The notes under the pieces are model-generated. The model was not told the DNA's origin, ran no database searches, and saw only the letters and a program-made list of their open reading frames with translations. The translations under genes and the position numbers were made by a program. From Octopus sinensis (Eukaryota), in assembly GCF_006345805.1 (NCBI RefSeq), contig NC_043000.1:77872001-77936000 (forward strand): 64,000 nucleotides of DNA. The letters are read 5' to 3'. Shown piece after piece: positions 51,075-64,000 of the stretch; the first letter of the stretch is position 1, and every line of letters begins with the position of its first letter.

Positions 51075-54000
51075 ATACATACTTAATTGCATACATACAT
51101 GCATAGGCATAAGAGAAGGAACGACATACACAAACTGACAGACAGATGGGTGATGTTGAAAGAACAAATAAAAAGAGAGGTAAAGATAGTGACTAGGATA
51201 ACAAGAGAGGATAGAAGTGTGTTAAACCTGGAGAGGAAGTTTCATTACGAAGAGAAAGAAAAATACCAAAATAGCTGCTGCAAGATCTATATCTTTTTTA
51301 TAATTTCTAATCTTTTTATAATTTAAAAACATAAAAAATGCAATATAAAACAACTATATTTAAATAGAAATAATATGGGAGATAATTCAATAGGATCCAA
51401 TTAACTACTTTTTTTCCTATTATTCTCCATTTCTGAATGAACAAGCACTATTTCTTGTATTTTAATAGAATTATTCCAAATTTTCAATTTAACATTTTGC
51501 AGTGTTTAATGGATGCTAAAAATAATGATATGTAATCAACTATGAAAGCATCAATTGCTTTTTTCTCTTAACAAACGTTGAATAAATTATAAATACACAC
51601 ACACAAATGTTGGTGTGTGCATGTGCATTTGTGCATGTGTGCATGTGTGTATGTGTGTGTGTTGTGTGTGTGTGTGTGTGTGTTGTGTGTGTGTGTGTGT
51701 GTGTGCGTGTGCGTGCGTGCAACGGCGCGTGTGTGTATGTGTGATTAGCTTTACTTTATTTTCATGTTATGTTAAGCAGTTAACCACGTTCATTCATCTG
51801 AGAGGACTTGGTTAAGCTTCGGCGGGGGGGGGGTGAAATTAGTGCAAATAGCTTCTTTGGCTCATAATACTGACAATATTAATAAATTACAATATGATTG
51901 TATAGACATACACATACACGTACAGCATACATGCACATACATAAATGTTTATTCATAAATACAAAATTTTATACAAATATATATACGAATGCACAGATAT
52001 TAATAGATCTGATTGCATGTGTGTGTGTGCATGTATCTGTGCACGCACTTACAGACACATATTCCTGCACTCACATATTCAAATGATTGTGTATGTATGT
52101 GTATGTTGTGTATGTATCTAAGTGATTTATTCTTTCAAATCTAACTAATACACAGGATAAACAATTAATGTTTTTAAGAAAATACATCAGACTATGTTTG
52201 AATCGCTGATTTGTATCTGCATTGTAACAGACACACATGTTTGCACAATCTCGCACACACGTATACATATATGTGTGTTTGTGTGTGGATCTCTGTGTGT
52301 ATATGTGTGTGTATACGCACATCTGTTTGTGCATTTCAGGTGCACGTATGCATATACATATATATAAATAGATATGTATGTTGTAAAGCAAGAATATATT
52401 TATGCATCAACATATAGGTTCTGTGTTGGAATATCAGGTGCTGCAACCTGGAAGTGGACAATATTGCAAAATCGCGACTGTTACATATCTTGCCAGGACG
52501 CCCAAGCGTTTTCACAAAGCTACTTTACGCGATTCCAAATTAACCATTCAGAGCCGGTCCTTTTACCTTAGTACACCTAATACAAATCAAGTGTATTAAT
52601 ACAAATTCATTTGATCTTATACTTGAAACTATTTGATTCTCGCCTTGTGAGTCTATGTAATACTATTGTTTTATCGTGCTGGCTTTTACTTCCGACGTCC
52701 AAGTATTTCATTTTCTAGTAGCTATACACAACTAGGGAACTAACACGCTGAGAGTTATGGTTATCTGGCATAATAATGATAACTATATTCTTTGGCAGAG
52801 ATCATATTTTTCAAGAATGTTGCTATTGGTGTGATTTATTTTTACAATTTTCCACCTAAATATTTCATTACATAGCCGACAGAGACAAAAATGCAGTTGT
52901 CTCCCTCTCTTTCTCTCAACCTCTCTTTCTTCTCTCTCGCTCTGTCTCTATTTCTTGCTGTCTCTTTCTCTGAATAATGTAACCGATTATATGGACTCAA
53001 TATTTCACTGGTAGTTGTTTAATCTATCTCGAGAAAATGAAAGCAGTGAAGCCCAACGTAGTTCCAACGAAAATAACTACCACATGGTATTTTGTCCATC
53101 ATTCTACCAATTCTTCCGCCCGCAGTCACCATTTTCTCACTATATTAATTCTACCATCCACTGCTTTGTCTGTCATTTTGCTGTCATTTTGATTCTATCC
53201 ACCCATCATTATTTTCGGTCAATCTAACGATTCTGTCAATCCCTTGAATATCTACCCAGAGAGATTATGTGGCAGACGCAAATGGCGGTGATTTAAAGGT
53301 GTTTTCAAGCACAGATTCTTGTCGCTAAGAGTTCAGTGGCAGATGTTTTAACACAGATAAATGTCCTCAACTTCAGTTTAACGCCCTAAATTGTTCAGAG
53401 GTGGTGTTCTACCTTTTCTCGACAATCATATGGATATAAGCAAACGAAAATGGCGTATTTCCTACGACAATAAATTGACACCCATGCTATACAACTGAAC
53501 TCAGTGACTGGAAGTTGACAATCAAATATTTCACCATACGACTATCATAGATTAAGTATGGAAGTATATTTAAGTTAATTTACGCATCAAAAAGCAGAAA
53601 CATGCTGTATTGGGATTAGTGTTGGTTTAATTCCAACGGACTGAGCTGATTACGGACTACCTACAGACTGCTGTTTCCTTTTATTTTCTTTCATCTTCAT
53701 TTACCCGTTCTCTGACAAGCTTCCCACTCCTCCTCTCTCTCTCTTTTTCTCTATCTCTTTCTCTCGCAAGTTCCTACATACACATACTCACGAAATTAAT
53801 CATATCCTTATGTATAAGAGCACGAAGTTGTCTATAGTATACATGTGTGTGTATATGTACATATGCATTATGTGTGTGTGTACGTGCGTGTGCATGTGTG
53901 TATACATATACATACATGTGTATATATGAATATCTATATCTATCTGTCTGTCTATATATATAATATATATACACACACACACTCACACACTCACATATAT

Positions 54001-55111
54001 AGACGTGTGCGAGTGTGTATGTGTAAATATTCATGTATTATATATAATGGTTCTTTATGGCTACATTAACTGTGATTAAAACCACACACGATATGAAGCA
54101 AATATCTGTGTTTATCAGTGATACTCCATTGCTAACTGTACATCAGATCTACTTAGGATCACATTTATCCACTTGGAAACATGTGAAACAACAGTAGGGT
54201 ATTTATCTTACAGTAGATAAAACACACACATAAACACACATTCGCACACACACGCACGCACACACGCGTACCCACACGCACACAAACATCGTTTACTAGA
54301 ATTGTGTTTTCAGAATTATAATGGTTATGAGCGAAATGTGCGTAAACATGTATAACTATAATACGTATGAGTAAGCGCATATTTCTATGCGTATATTTAC
54401 GTATGTAAATTACACTTTACATAGTTTTAATATATTTTAATATATTTTATATTGTGTTTGTCGACCGGTTTCGCCTTCGCTAATCATGACATTAACATTA
54501 TTTTAATTACGTATTTCCTTAAGAAAACTTTTTTGTCCATGTTGCGTGTTTAGGAGTTTATGAATGAATGATTCAACAAGTACGACTCACAGAAGTACTA
54601 ACTGACTACAACAACGAAGATGAGTCACTAGTTAAAATAGAAGTAATTATCTTCCACCTAAAGGTAGGAATAAAACATTAGATGACTTCTACGACCATAT
54701 CCAAAATTTCCCATATATTTTCCACAAATTTTTCCTACGTTTATCAACTTGTGGCATACGGTTCCATGGCGGACCTTGTCAACGACATAGGTAAAATGAA
54801 ATTATACAGAATCAATCATTGATACGAATGATACAACCTTCAAAACGTAGTGTTTTATTATCGATGCCAACATAATTTAGCGTATATTTAGATTCCATTT
54901 CCATACAGTTGTTCTCCATTGCCTGCGGGCAACGACGGAACTGAAATAGAACCTAAATATATACTAAATTATACCGTATCATCTTATCTATGCAGCTTGT
55001 AAGGCCAATAATCTAGGTTAACATGCTATGGGATCACTCATAATAATGATTAATTTTCGCTTTCACCCATACATACACACACACATGTTTGTGTATGCTT
55101 GTGCTTTTGAG

Positions 55112-55153
<42 letters not shown>

Positions 55154-55864
55154 CTCATATGATAACTACACACGCATATACAGATATGCACACACATATA
55201 TACACACTCTAACACACTGAGCTATAAATAAAAGTGTGTATGTGCCACTATGCATGTTATTTTCTGTCTAAATTGGAAAAATAAGATATACCATTACATA
55301 AGCACACATACGTGACACAGAAATACATTCACGTACTCATACACATAAAAGCATTACTCATTAGACATGTCTGTCATGAGTTGTGCGCAACATGCAACGG
55401 AATTAAATCAATAATCCCACGATCATTTTTATCTGTATAGGAAACAAGATGGAAGATAACGACGAAGCCAAAGATATACAAGCGGTCTGCTTCCGGTTGT
55501 AGTTATGTTCTATTTATATTAGAAATCATTTTCTAAAGAGCAGATATTTTGTTTCCGTTCACTTGTTTGTCTACTATTTTTATCTAGTACACTATGCGTT
55601 CTCCTTCTCTCCCTTTCTTCTCCTCTCTCCACCTCTATTCTTTCTCCCTCTTTCTTGCCTTCTCGTTTTATCGCCCTCTCTCCCTCCCTCTCTAGCTCTG
55701 TCTTCCTAATTAGTACCACTAGTATCTAGCTCTAGTTACCTAATTTTCAAGCTTTTATCCTTCCCGTCTTTCCTTCTACTTTATCGGCTTCAAGATTATT
55801 TTTAGTTCAAAAAATATTTTAGTCATAACTATTTTATTTTTCAATTCGTCTTCTTCTTCTTCTT

Positions 55865-55944
<80 letters not shown>

Positions 55945-56002
55945 CATCATTATTATTATTATTATCATCATTGTTATTGTTGTTGTTGTTGTTGTTGTTG
56001 TT

Positions 56003-58150
56003 GTCTCTGCACAGCTTTTAACGCTGGAGATGTACTACGGTGTCAGCTGTTCACTACCAGTAAACTAAGATAACACCCCTTATTTGTCGAGCACCATCCA
56101 GAGTATTCGAGCGGTTCCAAGCAATGCTGTTTTCTGCAAGTGTTCTACCCTTATTGTAGCCCCTATTTGTTCCATGAACTTATCAAGATTTTTATTCCCT
56201 GTTCCCAGGGCTCCGACAATTATTGATACTACTACCACCTTTATTAGTGACCACAGTTGCTTAACCTCCCAAGCTAACCTGTCATATCTATCGACTTCCC
56301 TTTCATTCTTATCGCATACATTGTTGTCAGCTGGGCATGCTATATCTATGATCCATCATCGCTTTCTTTCTTTCTCAATGAACACAATGTCTGGTTTCCT
56401 ATTTCCTATCTCATGGTCGCATTAAATAATAAAATCCCATAGGATCTTTACATTATAATTTTCGATGATGCCTTCGGGTTTATGTTCGTACTACTATTTT
56501 GTTCTGTCAAGTCCGATGGACAATCCTTGCTATATTGTCTCTTATATTCTTTCTGGGCTAGTGGCGTACATTGACTGCTAATAAGCCATACTGTTTCCCC
56601 ATTTTGTACACAAATTCTGCACTTATCACTTTCTGAAGTGTTGTCTATTCTGTATTTTATGTAAATCGTTCTTAAAGCTTGCTCTTGGGCAGCAGAGATT
56701 AGAGCCTCCGTTTCCGGTTTTAAATCACTTTCAGTTATTCATAGCCATCTTTTTTTCTCTGTCTGTCTTCTCGTCAACAGCCCTATGAAATTGTCCGTGC
56801 ATTTTTCTCTTTATCCGCCTTTTTTCAGTTTCATTAATTCTCAAGTCCTTGTACATTGCTTTAACTTTGCAATCTTTCATCCTACACAAGCCTAACCTTC
56901 TTACTTCCAATAATAGCGGTTCTGTGGCACTTTTTTTACACACCATGTTATGTTGTTTTCTTCTGTTCTAATGCTGTGTTCGCATCCAGTCAGTCCTCTT
57001 CCTCCTTTTTTTCTTGGTACATGCAGTCTGTCTGTGTCACTTTTTGGATGGAGTATCCCATATCAAGTCAGCAACTTCCTTGTCTTTCTGTCTAAGCTGC
57101 TTAGTTCGTCTACTGTCCATGCGATTACCTTGCTCCATATCTAAGGAATTGAACCCGCCCAGGTGTTGATAGCTTCAATCTTATTCCATCCATTTAATTT
57201 CGACTTAAGGATCAGTCTCCGTCTACGCAAGCACTCCACCTTAAATTTTTCTGTCATTTCTTTCTCCATCAATTTATCCATTTCCAATATCCCCAAGTAC
57301 TTATAGCCTGTCTCTTCTATCTGCTTCATAACCTCCCCCGGCGGTAAGGTAGCCCACCCATACATTTAATTTTGCTTCTCTTAAGACTAACACACTACAC
57401 TTTTTCAGTCCCAACTCCATTCTGGTATCAGCACTGAAAGTATACACCGTATCACCGAAGGAACTGACTCGGGATTCAGCTTTACCGTAAAGTTTGAGGT
57501 CATCCATGAATAACAAATAGTTGACTTTTTGTTGGCGACTCTTGAATACATACCCAGCCTTTGCTTTCCAGATTAGCATTGTCCCTAAACTTCTTCCATA
57601 TGCTGTCAGTTCCATACTTTTTCCAAGCAATCGTTCAACATTCGATGCAATACCAAATAGGTTCATACATTCCATAACCCAAGAATGTGCGATCATATCG
57701 TATACCTTACGATATCGATCCATGACATGGCTAAGTTAGTTTCCCTCTTCTTGCGGTCTCTAATTACAGTTTTGTCTAACAGCAGTTGATTCTTGGTACC
57801 TCTGCACTTACGCTTGCAACCCTTCTGCTCATGTAGCAGGGCTCCATTTTATTCCAGATGTCTGTACATTGACTCTGCGGCTATTCCAGTCAATAATTTC
57901 CACATAAGCGGCAAGCAGGATATCGGCCGTATTGCTTTTTTCGATGTTTTTCGAGCACAGCACTGTCCTACCCAATGTCAACCACTCAGGTGTTATTTGG
58001 TCAGGATTTTACAAGATGTTGCGTTGTGCAGCTATTCGTGCATGACACTCACCGAATCTTTTGCTCCAGTAGCCTTGAACTCCATCTGGTCCCAAGGCCT
58101 TTTGTTTCAGTTCTTTCAATCATTCAGCATCCTTCTTTTGCTCCTTGTCT
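56003..58150 (-). mobile_element. R4/Dong-type RLE non-LTR retrotransposon relic
   Basis: Minus-strand peptides YDMIAHSW, YLLFMDDLKLYG, YKYLGILE, KLNGWNKIEAINTWA, KILWDF, RKPDIV..IIDIACPAD, IIVGALG, LQKTALLGTARIL; 3' end abuts (AAC)n/(TAA)n tracts. Confidence 0.88.
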
Positions 58151-58199
58151 TTGCTCCACCACCACCACCACCACCACCACCACCATCACCATCATCATC

Positions 58200-58244
<45 letters not shown>

Positions 58245-58712
58245 TTCGCCGGACAAAATGCCGAGCGACATTTCTTTCGCTTCATTACAGTCTAAGTTCA
58301 AATTCAAGCAGAATCAACTTTAACTTTCATTTCTCCGCAATCGATAAAATGACGTGTATCAGTCATGTACTTACTATTTCTCCTCAAATTTACTGACGCT
58401 GCGTCAAAATTAGAATGATTTAACTTTATTATTATTTTACATACGCAAAACAGTTTTTATTCTTACTAAGAAAAGCTTCAGATCATCCATGTAGAGCAAG
58501 CCATTAATTTTTCCTTCCTATCTCTAAATTGATAACCTGCCTTTGTTTTTCTTAATATTAAACTGAGGGGAATTAAATTATAACACAAATATTCTGCAGG
58601 TCATCAACGCGACTTTTAATTCCAATCTCTTTCAGTTTTTTATTTAGTATTTTGGGTGTTTTGCAGTTAACTGTCTTGATCTTCTACAGTTTTCTCAGCT
58701 CTCTGTATAGGC

Positions 58713-59018
58713 CAGTGGATTTCAACCGGGGTCCATATAAAATTTTTGGTCTCCACGTGACAAAATAGTAAATTGGCGATCCACTATAATATCTTAAGGG
58801 CCCCTGAAAAACTTTAACTTTAGATGTATGTATTGGTATTTATTGCACGAAACAGCTAACATTTTACAAAGTTCAATCCACGCAAATTAATATGTGAAAA
58901 ATAAAATAGGAATTTTGAAAGAAGTTTCTATAAAATTAGTTTTTAAGCATCGAATGGCTATGGGGGTTCGCCAGAATAAAATAATACTCATAGATGAAAA
59001 AATGGTTAAGAACCCCTG
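58713..59018. mobile_element. hAT/Charlie-type MITE
   Basis: TIRs cagtggatttcaacc / ggttaagaacccctg; TSD gtataggc / gtctagac. Confidence 0.65.
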
Positions 59019-59129
59019 GTCTAGACCCTGATATTTCTCATTTGATACTATAATCTTACATTGTTTATTTTGTCCTCTATGCTCATGTGTCTGATGTTCT
59101 TGCTTCAATAATATAGTCAGACTTTATGG

Positions 59130-60070
59130 GGAAATCCCACGATGTCTTGTAATTATCCTTTTCTATTACAGCCTCTGGTTCATGTTCTTATTACTTTTCT
59201 TTTTTTTTGAAGCCACTTACTTGGCTATCATCCCAATGCACTCTTTTGTATACATAGTCACGTCTTCGCTTATACACGTTTTGTGCTAGTATACTGCGCT
59301 CATTCAAAAGGTGACTGATATTTTAATCTCCTTTCCTACAGATTCAATATTTGCTGTGACTGAGTTTTGTCGACCTTTGCTCTAATCAGATATGTTTTAA
59401 GGGCTTATTTCTGTGGGGTTATAATTAACATTTCTGTCTCGTTTCAAGTTCTCATCTCTCAACCAAGCCAGTCATGTTTACTTCCAACGTTCTCGGCTTG
59501 TTGCATGAATTGGCCATGTAGTTCTGTTTCTTTTCACATGTTTGTTTTATTGTTCTTCCTTTTCTTTTTGAATTCTTTTGCTGTTTTGGCACTTTTGGTG
59601 TATCTCTGGCTCTCAGTAGTATTCTTTCTTTACTCTGTATAACATAATTTTTCAGATCCAAGATCGCAGTATTAACAGAGTCTTCTGCGTTTAGTAATCA
59701 TCTACCGCCTTCCTTTCTTGGTAGGTAGAGGCGATCGGTATTGCTTTTGAGGTGGAGTGTGTTGTGCATTTTGAGCAGCTTTCTAGTTCTCCTGTCCAAG
59801 TTTTGTACCTCGACTTTTGTCCATTTCAGAAAGGGAGCAGAGAATCCCAGTACAGGCATAACCCGTGTATCTATGGCTTTAATGATGTTCCATCTATTTA
59901 ATTTTGTTTCGAGCAACTTCTTAATTCTCCTCTTTACTCTTTAGTGATTTCTTTCATTTCTCCTTCCATTACTTTAAAGTCTTGCAGCATTCCTAGATAT
60001 CTGTAACCCTCGTTATTCCACAGCGATCTAATGGTGTTGTCTTGTGGTAATTTTTTACCTTCAGAATTTA
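59130..60070 (-). mobile_element. Second R4/Dong-type LINE relic
   Basis: LETKLNRWNIIKAIDTRVMPVL...LDRRTRKLLKMHNTLHLKSNTDRLYLPRKEGGR; RYLGMLQ upstream. Confidence 0.8.
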
Positions 60071-60074
60071 CCAG

Positions 60075-60890
60075 AGACGAGGTAAACGAAGAATCGCGAG
60101 CGCTTTGCTAGCGCGAGAATGACGCTCGACCATTTCTTCAATGTGTTGTCTGAGCTCGGACGTATGTGCGCTGTTGCATGTAGAAACAAAAGCAGAGGTG
60201 CTACACGCTAAAAAAGCTAGAATTCGGTCCATAGCAGACTGCAACGGATGTGTGCTCTCTGATTTCAGGCATATGAGCGCGATGATTCTGCAGCAGTTCA
60301 CCCAACTGCTTTCGAGGAGCGGGGAACTTGTGTTGGTAGGTACTGATGCCTTCCTCAACACTTTGGGCAGAGGGTCTGAGTATTGCGAGAATATGATGTT
60401 AGCTGAGGAAATTGACGATGTTCTTATTCGGTGTCTGAGGTGAAAATCGACTGGATTGGGTGGCCTGCCTCATTAACTACCTTTTTGAGGAAGTTAATAC
60501 GTAACTGACTCATAACTCTGCTCAACACAGAGTTAAAGACTTTAGCAATGCTTCTCATCAAGAATCTGGTGGTTATCGGAAGTGTAGTCAGATTTAACCC
60601 CAACATCCGCCTTATACGATAGATCATAAAGCGGGCTGGGAATAGATCTGACTTTGGCGACGCGCTGGTCAATTTGGAGCAGTCCAAGTCTTTTAACAGG
60701 CTAGACAATCACTAGCTGGAAGCTGTCCTGTGAGCTCTGTGTTTCGGTCCCGGCTTCAGATAGTGGATCACTACAATGTACAGTAACATCTGTTTGGTAG
60801 TCCGATTAAACGGTCACTTCTTGGCACCTTTCGGCGTCAAACTATCAGTCTGCCAAGGATGCCTCCTCTCTTCTCCCTTCTCCCTTCTCC
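60075..60890 (+). mobile_element. Tx1/L1-clade LINE RT relic
   Basis: Decayed KTLAMLL, NIRLIR, ALVNLEQSKSFNRLD (LDQxKAFDRV), FR*WITTMYS, SVCQGCLLS (SVRQGCPLS). Confidence 0.8.
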
Positions 60891-61696
60891 TATAGCTTTG
60901 TTTCTGGAGTTTTTACTGTTAAAGATAGAGCGTCTGCGTGTTTGAAGAGTGTCTCTCTCGAGCTGGGTCACGGTTATCTCTCTCCATCTCCTTCTCGCCA
61001 TTGCCTCTTTTCCCTCTCTCCCCCTCCCTCTCTTTCTCTACCTCCCCTTTCTTTATCTGTCATTTCGACTTTTATTTTGTCTTTCTTGAAAAGGAAAGCT
61101 TTTGCCTTGCATTTTGTAGCTATTGTTAATTATTTTCTATTACTTTTACTTAATAGTTCTAGTTGCGAAGAGTCTAACTTTTTGAGCTCTTGGATAAATG
61201 ATCTTGATATACAAAAAATTGGGGTGGTAGAATATTGTCAATGCTGTCATTACTTATCTGCATTTTCATCTAATATTGCGATACAACAGGAACGTGTTTA
61301 CGTTCCTGTTGCATCAAGATTTCATCAACTTCTTCAAATTTCGTCCAGAGAGAAAGGTGAGGGTAGACACAAAGAAGCTACAACTCCATAAAATTGTTGA
61401 AAGCGATGTGAAATATGCTAGTATAGTTCGAGTGTATTGACCTATTTTCAGCTAAGGCAGAAACGTGATAAAAGATTGTTGCCCGTAACAGTAAGTGTAA
61501 TTCAGGATTTGTGGGGTTTTCTGATGCCAAATGCTTACCCTCTAGTATTTTGAATTTCATTGATTTTTTTTCTATACTTGAGTCTGTTTTCTGACTTTTG
61601 AGTCTACTTAATCCTCAATTTTTTTTTTAATTTCTCCTTGTATATCGTCCTTCTGGCAAATTAAGAAACGATTGTCATTATTTTTAATAGCACAAT

Positions 61697-61820
<124 letters not shown>

Positions 61821-62599
61821 TAATAATAATAATAATAGTAGTTACTGTTGTTGTTGTTGTTGTTGGTATTGTTTTGGTAATATTCTGTATGTTATCAGCG
61901 TTCTACATCTCACGACCTAAACGAGAACCACACTTCTAGACGTTGTTACTACTGGTGTAATTAATATTCAAAAGAAGCTATTATTATTATTTTCTTATTC
62001 CTTGTTTTGCATATGATGATACTTTGAAAGGTTGTTTCATCGCATCTTCTCCTCATAAAATCCCCAAAACGAGCAACATTTCCACCATTTGCAATCATAA
62101 ATCATATTTATGTTGCAAACAGCAGGTTCATTTCACCGTATATCACATTAATTTATTTTCCTTTTTCTTCGTCTCTCTCTCTCTTTCTCTGTCTGCCCGT
62201 CTGTCTCTCTCTCACCCTTTATCTCTCTCACTCTTTATCTCTCTCACTCTTTATCTCTCTCACCCTCTCTCTCTCTTTCTTTCTCCCCCACTTTCTCTCT
62301 AATGTCTTTTTCTGTTCTGTGTACGTGTGTGTATGTCTGTATGTCAGTCGTTCCTTCTATTCTTTACCACTTGTGCTGTTTGCCCATGTTTGTCTATGAG
62401 AGCTGTTCCACTGTACACTTTCAGCATTAGTTAACAAGGCAATGATATCCATGCATACAAACATACATATACACATACACACTTAGACATACATATGTAT
62501 ATGTATATGCATGTACACACACAGATATGTGTGGAATATATATATATATATAATATATATATATATATATAATATATATATATATATATAGTTGAAAAA

Positions 62600-62760
62600 C
62601 AAAAGACGAAGACAGGTGTGTGAACAACAAGCAGGTGTATTAGTTTGTCGCTCGGAAAAGTGAGAAAGTCTTTTACGTTTCGAGCCTACGCTCTTCAACA
62701 GAAAAGAATGAGAAAATAAACAGAGAGAGAAAAATAAACTTCTGGATTTAGCGATCAATC
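62600..62760 (-). mobile_element. Solo 3'/pLTR fragment related to PLE family 3
   Basis: aagtgagaaagtcttttacgtttcgagcctacgctcttcaac is identical to the segment near 36152-36193. Confidence 0.7.
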
Positions 62761-62997
62761 ATGGTGAATGGGGGCTGGAATGGGGATGGGGGTGTGGAAT
62801 GTGGATGGGGTGTGGAATGTGGATGGGAGTGTGGAATGGAGGTATGGAGCAGGGGTGGTGTATGTGGGAGTGGGGTGTATGGAGAGGGTATCAATGAACT
62901 TATATGCATATATACGTACATACAAATCTAGTACACTATTTAAGTTAAATTATATTTATTTGGAATATTTACTGGAAGCTAAGAGCTTCGTAGATCA

Positions 62998-63070
62998 TTA
63001 CTGCATGATTCTCGAGTCGATTGTCTGCATGATTCTCGAGTCGATTGTCTGCATGATTCTCGAGTCGATT
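62998..63070. repeat. 24-bp tandem repeat, ~3 copies
   Basis: ctgcatgattctcgagtcgattgt repeated. Confidence 0.9.
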
Positions 63071-63203
63071 CTGTTGAGACGATTGTCTGAAGATGATCAT
63101 TAGCTGAGAGTGATGATTTGTAACTCTCAGTTTTTAATGCTTATGTTCATTTATATATAATGTATGCACACACACTCATGCAAACTCCCACGTGGATGCA
63201 TGT

Positions 63204-63263
<60 letters not shown>

Positions 63264-63827
63264 ATATATTTAAAATTTAAAGAGAACAAAAGATGGAGAA
63301 ATATTGATGAACAACAATTGACTTACATCAATTATTATTTATTAACTCAATACAAATAGGCTGCGTCCCATCTAACAGTTGTTTCTGCTTCCAATGTTGT
63401 ATAGTATTTCCGTTGATATGCTAAAAATATTTTGGTAATAAAACCGATATGAAACTTGTGAATCTCTTTGGGACGTTAAGTAAATGACTGAGCTTAAAAT
63501 ATTATTTGGCTGATTGATCTATAGATTGTTAAGCCAATTAGCTGTTTAATTGACTAGTCAACTCACTGATTAGGTGCACTAATCAGAGCAGCAGTCTGAT
63601 TTGTGACTTTATAATCTTCCAATTTTGGCCACTTACCCTAGTTATTACCTCCTCTTAACCATGAATATTTTCTTACGGAATAAATTCTTTTCATTGTTTT
63701 TACTAATTTCACATTCCTATTTAATTTTGATTCCTGATAATCTCATGCTTGTCATTGTCTTTACCAATAATTTATGAATATAATATGTTTGCATATGCAT
63801 GCCCAACTCAGCTAACCTATATATATA

Positions 63828-63858
<31 letters not shown>

Positions 63859-64000
63859 ATATGTATGCATATATATGTATGTATATATATGTATATATAT
63901 ATATATGTATATATATACATATATATATATATGTATATATATATATGTATATATATACATATATATATGCATACATGCATAAATATATATTTATATAAAC

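Noticed and set aside
52420-52570. Possible host exon (GC-richer island after an AG)
   Set aside because: There is no recognisable protein motif and no convincing donor site, so it cannot be supported without transcript data.

Overview
AT-rich, microsatellite-dense eukaryotic DNA. The SINE families and repeat landscape resemble a cephalopod (Octopus-like) genome; this is inferred from recall and was not searched. I find no host protein-coding gene, and most short ORFs in the track are translated microsatellites. The window is a stack of mobile elements. (i) At least three Penelope-like retroelement (PLE) families with RT + GIY-YIG: one near-complete at 2.9-6.1 kb, one duplicated within a ~4.24-kb tandem duplication at 26.9-35.4 kb, and one 5'-truncated on the minus strand at 36.1-37.95 kb. 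(ii) A nearly intact 6.4-kb Helitron (42467-48852) plus non-autonomous Helitron pieces. (iii) Tc1 and mariner relics, hAT-type MITEs, R4/Dong-type and Tx1/L1-type LINE relics, and tRNA-derived SINEs. The most notable unexplained structure is a non-coding ~543-bp tandem/inverted array (48873-50975). Each unit carries a canonical minimal type I hammerhead ribozyme, making it a candidate retrozyme or circular-RNA-producing element. Further hammerhead motifs of other families occur elsewhere. The Helitron 5' region shares two blocks with the N-terminal coding region of the first PLE and carries a 257-bp copy of its own helicase 3' end.
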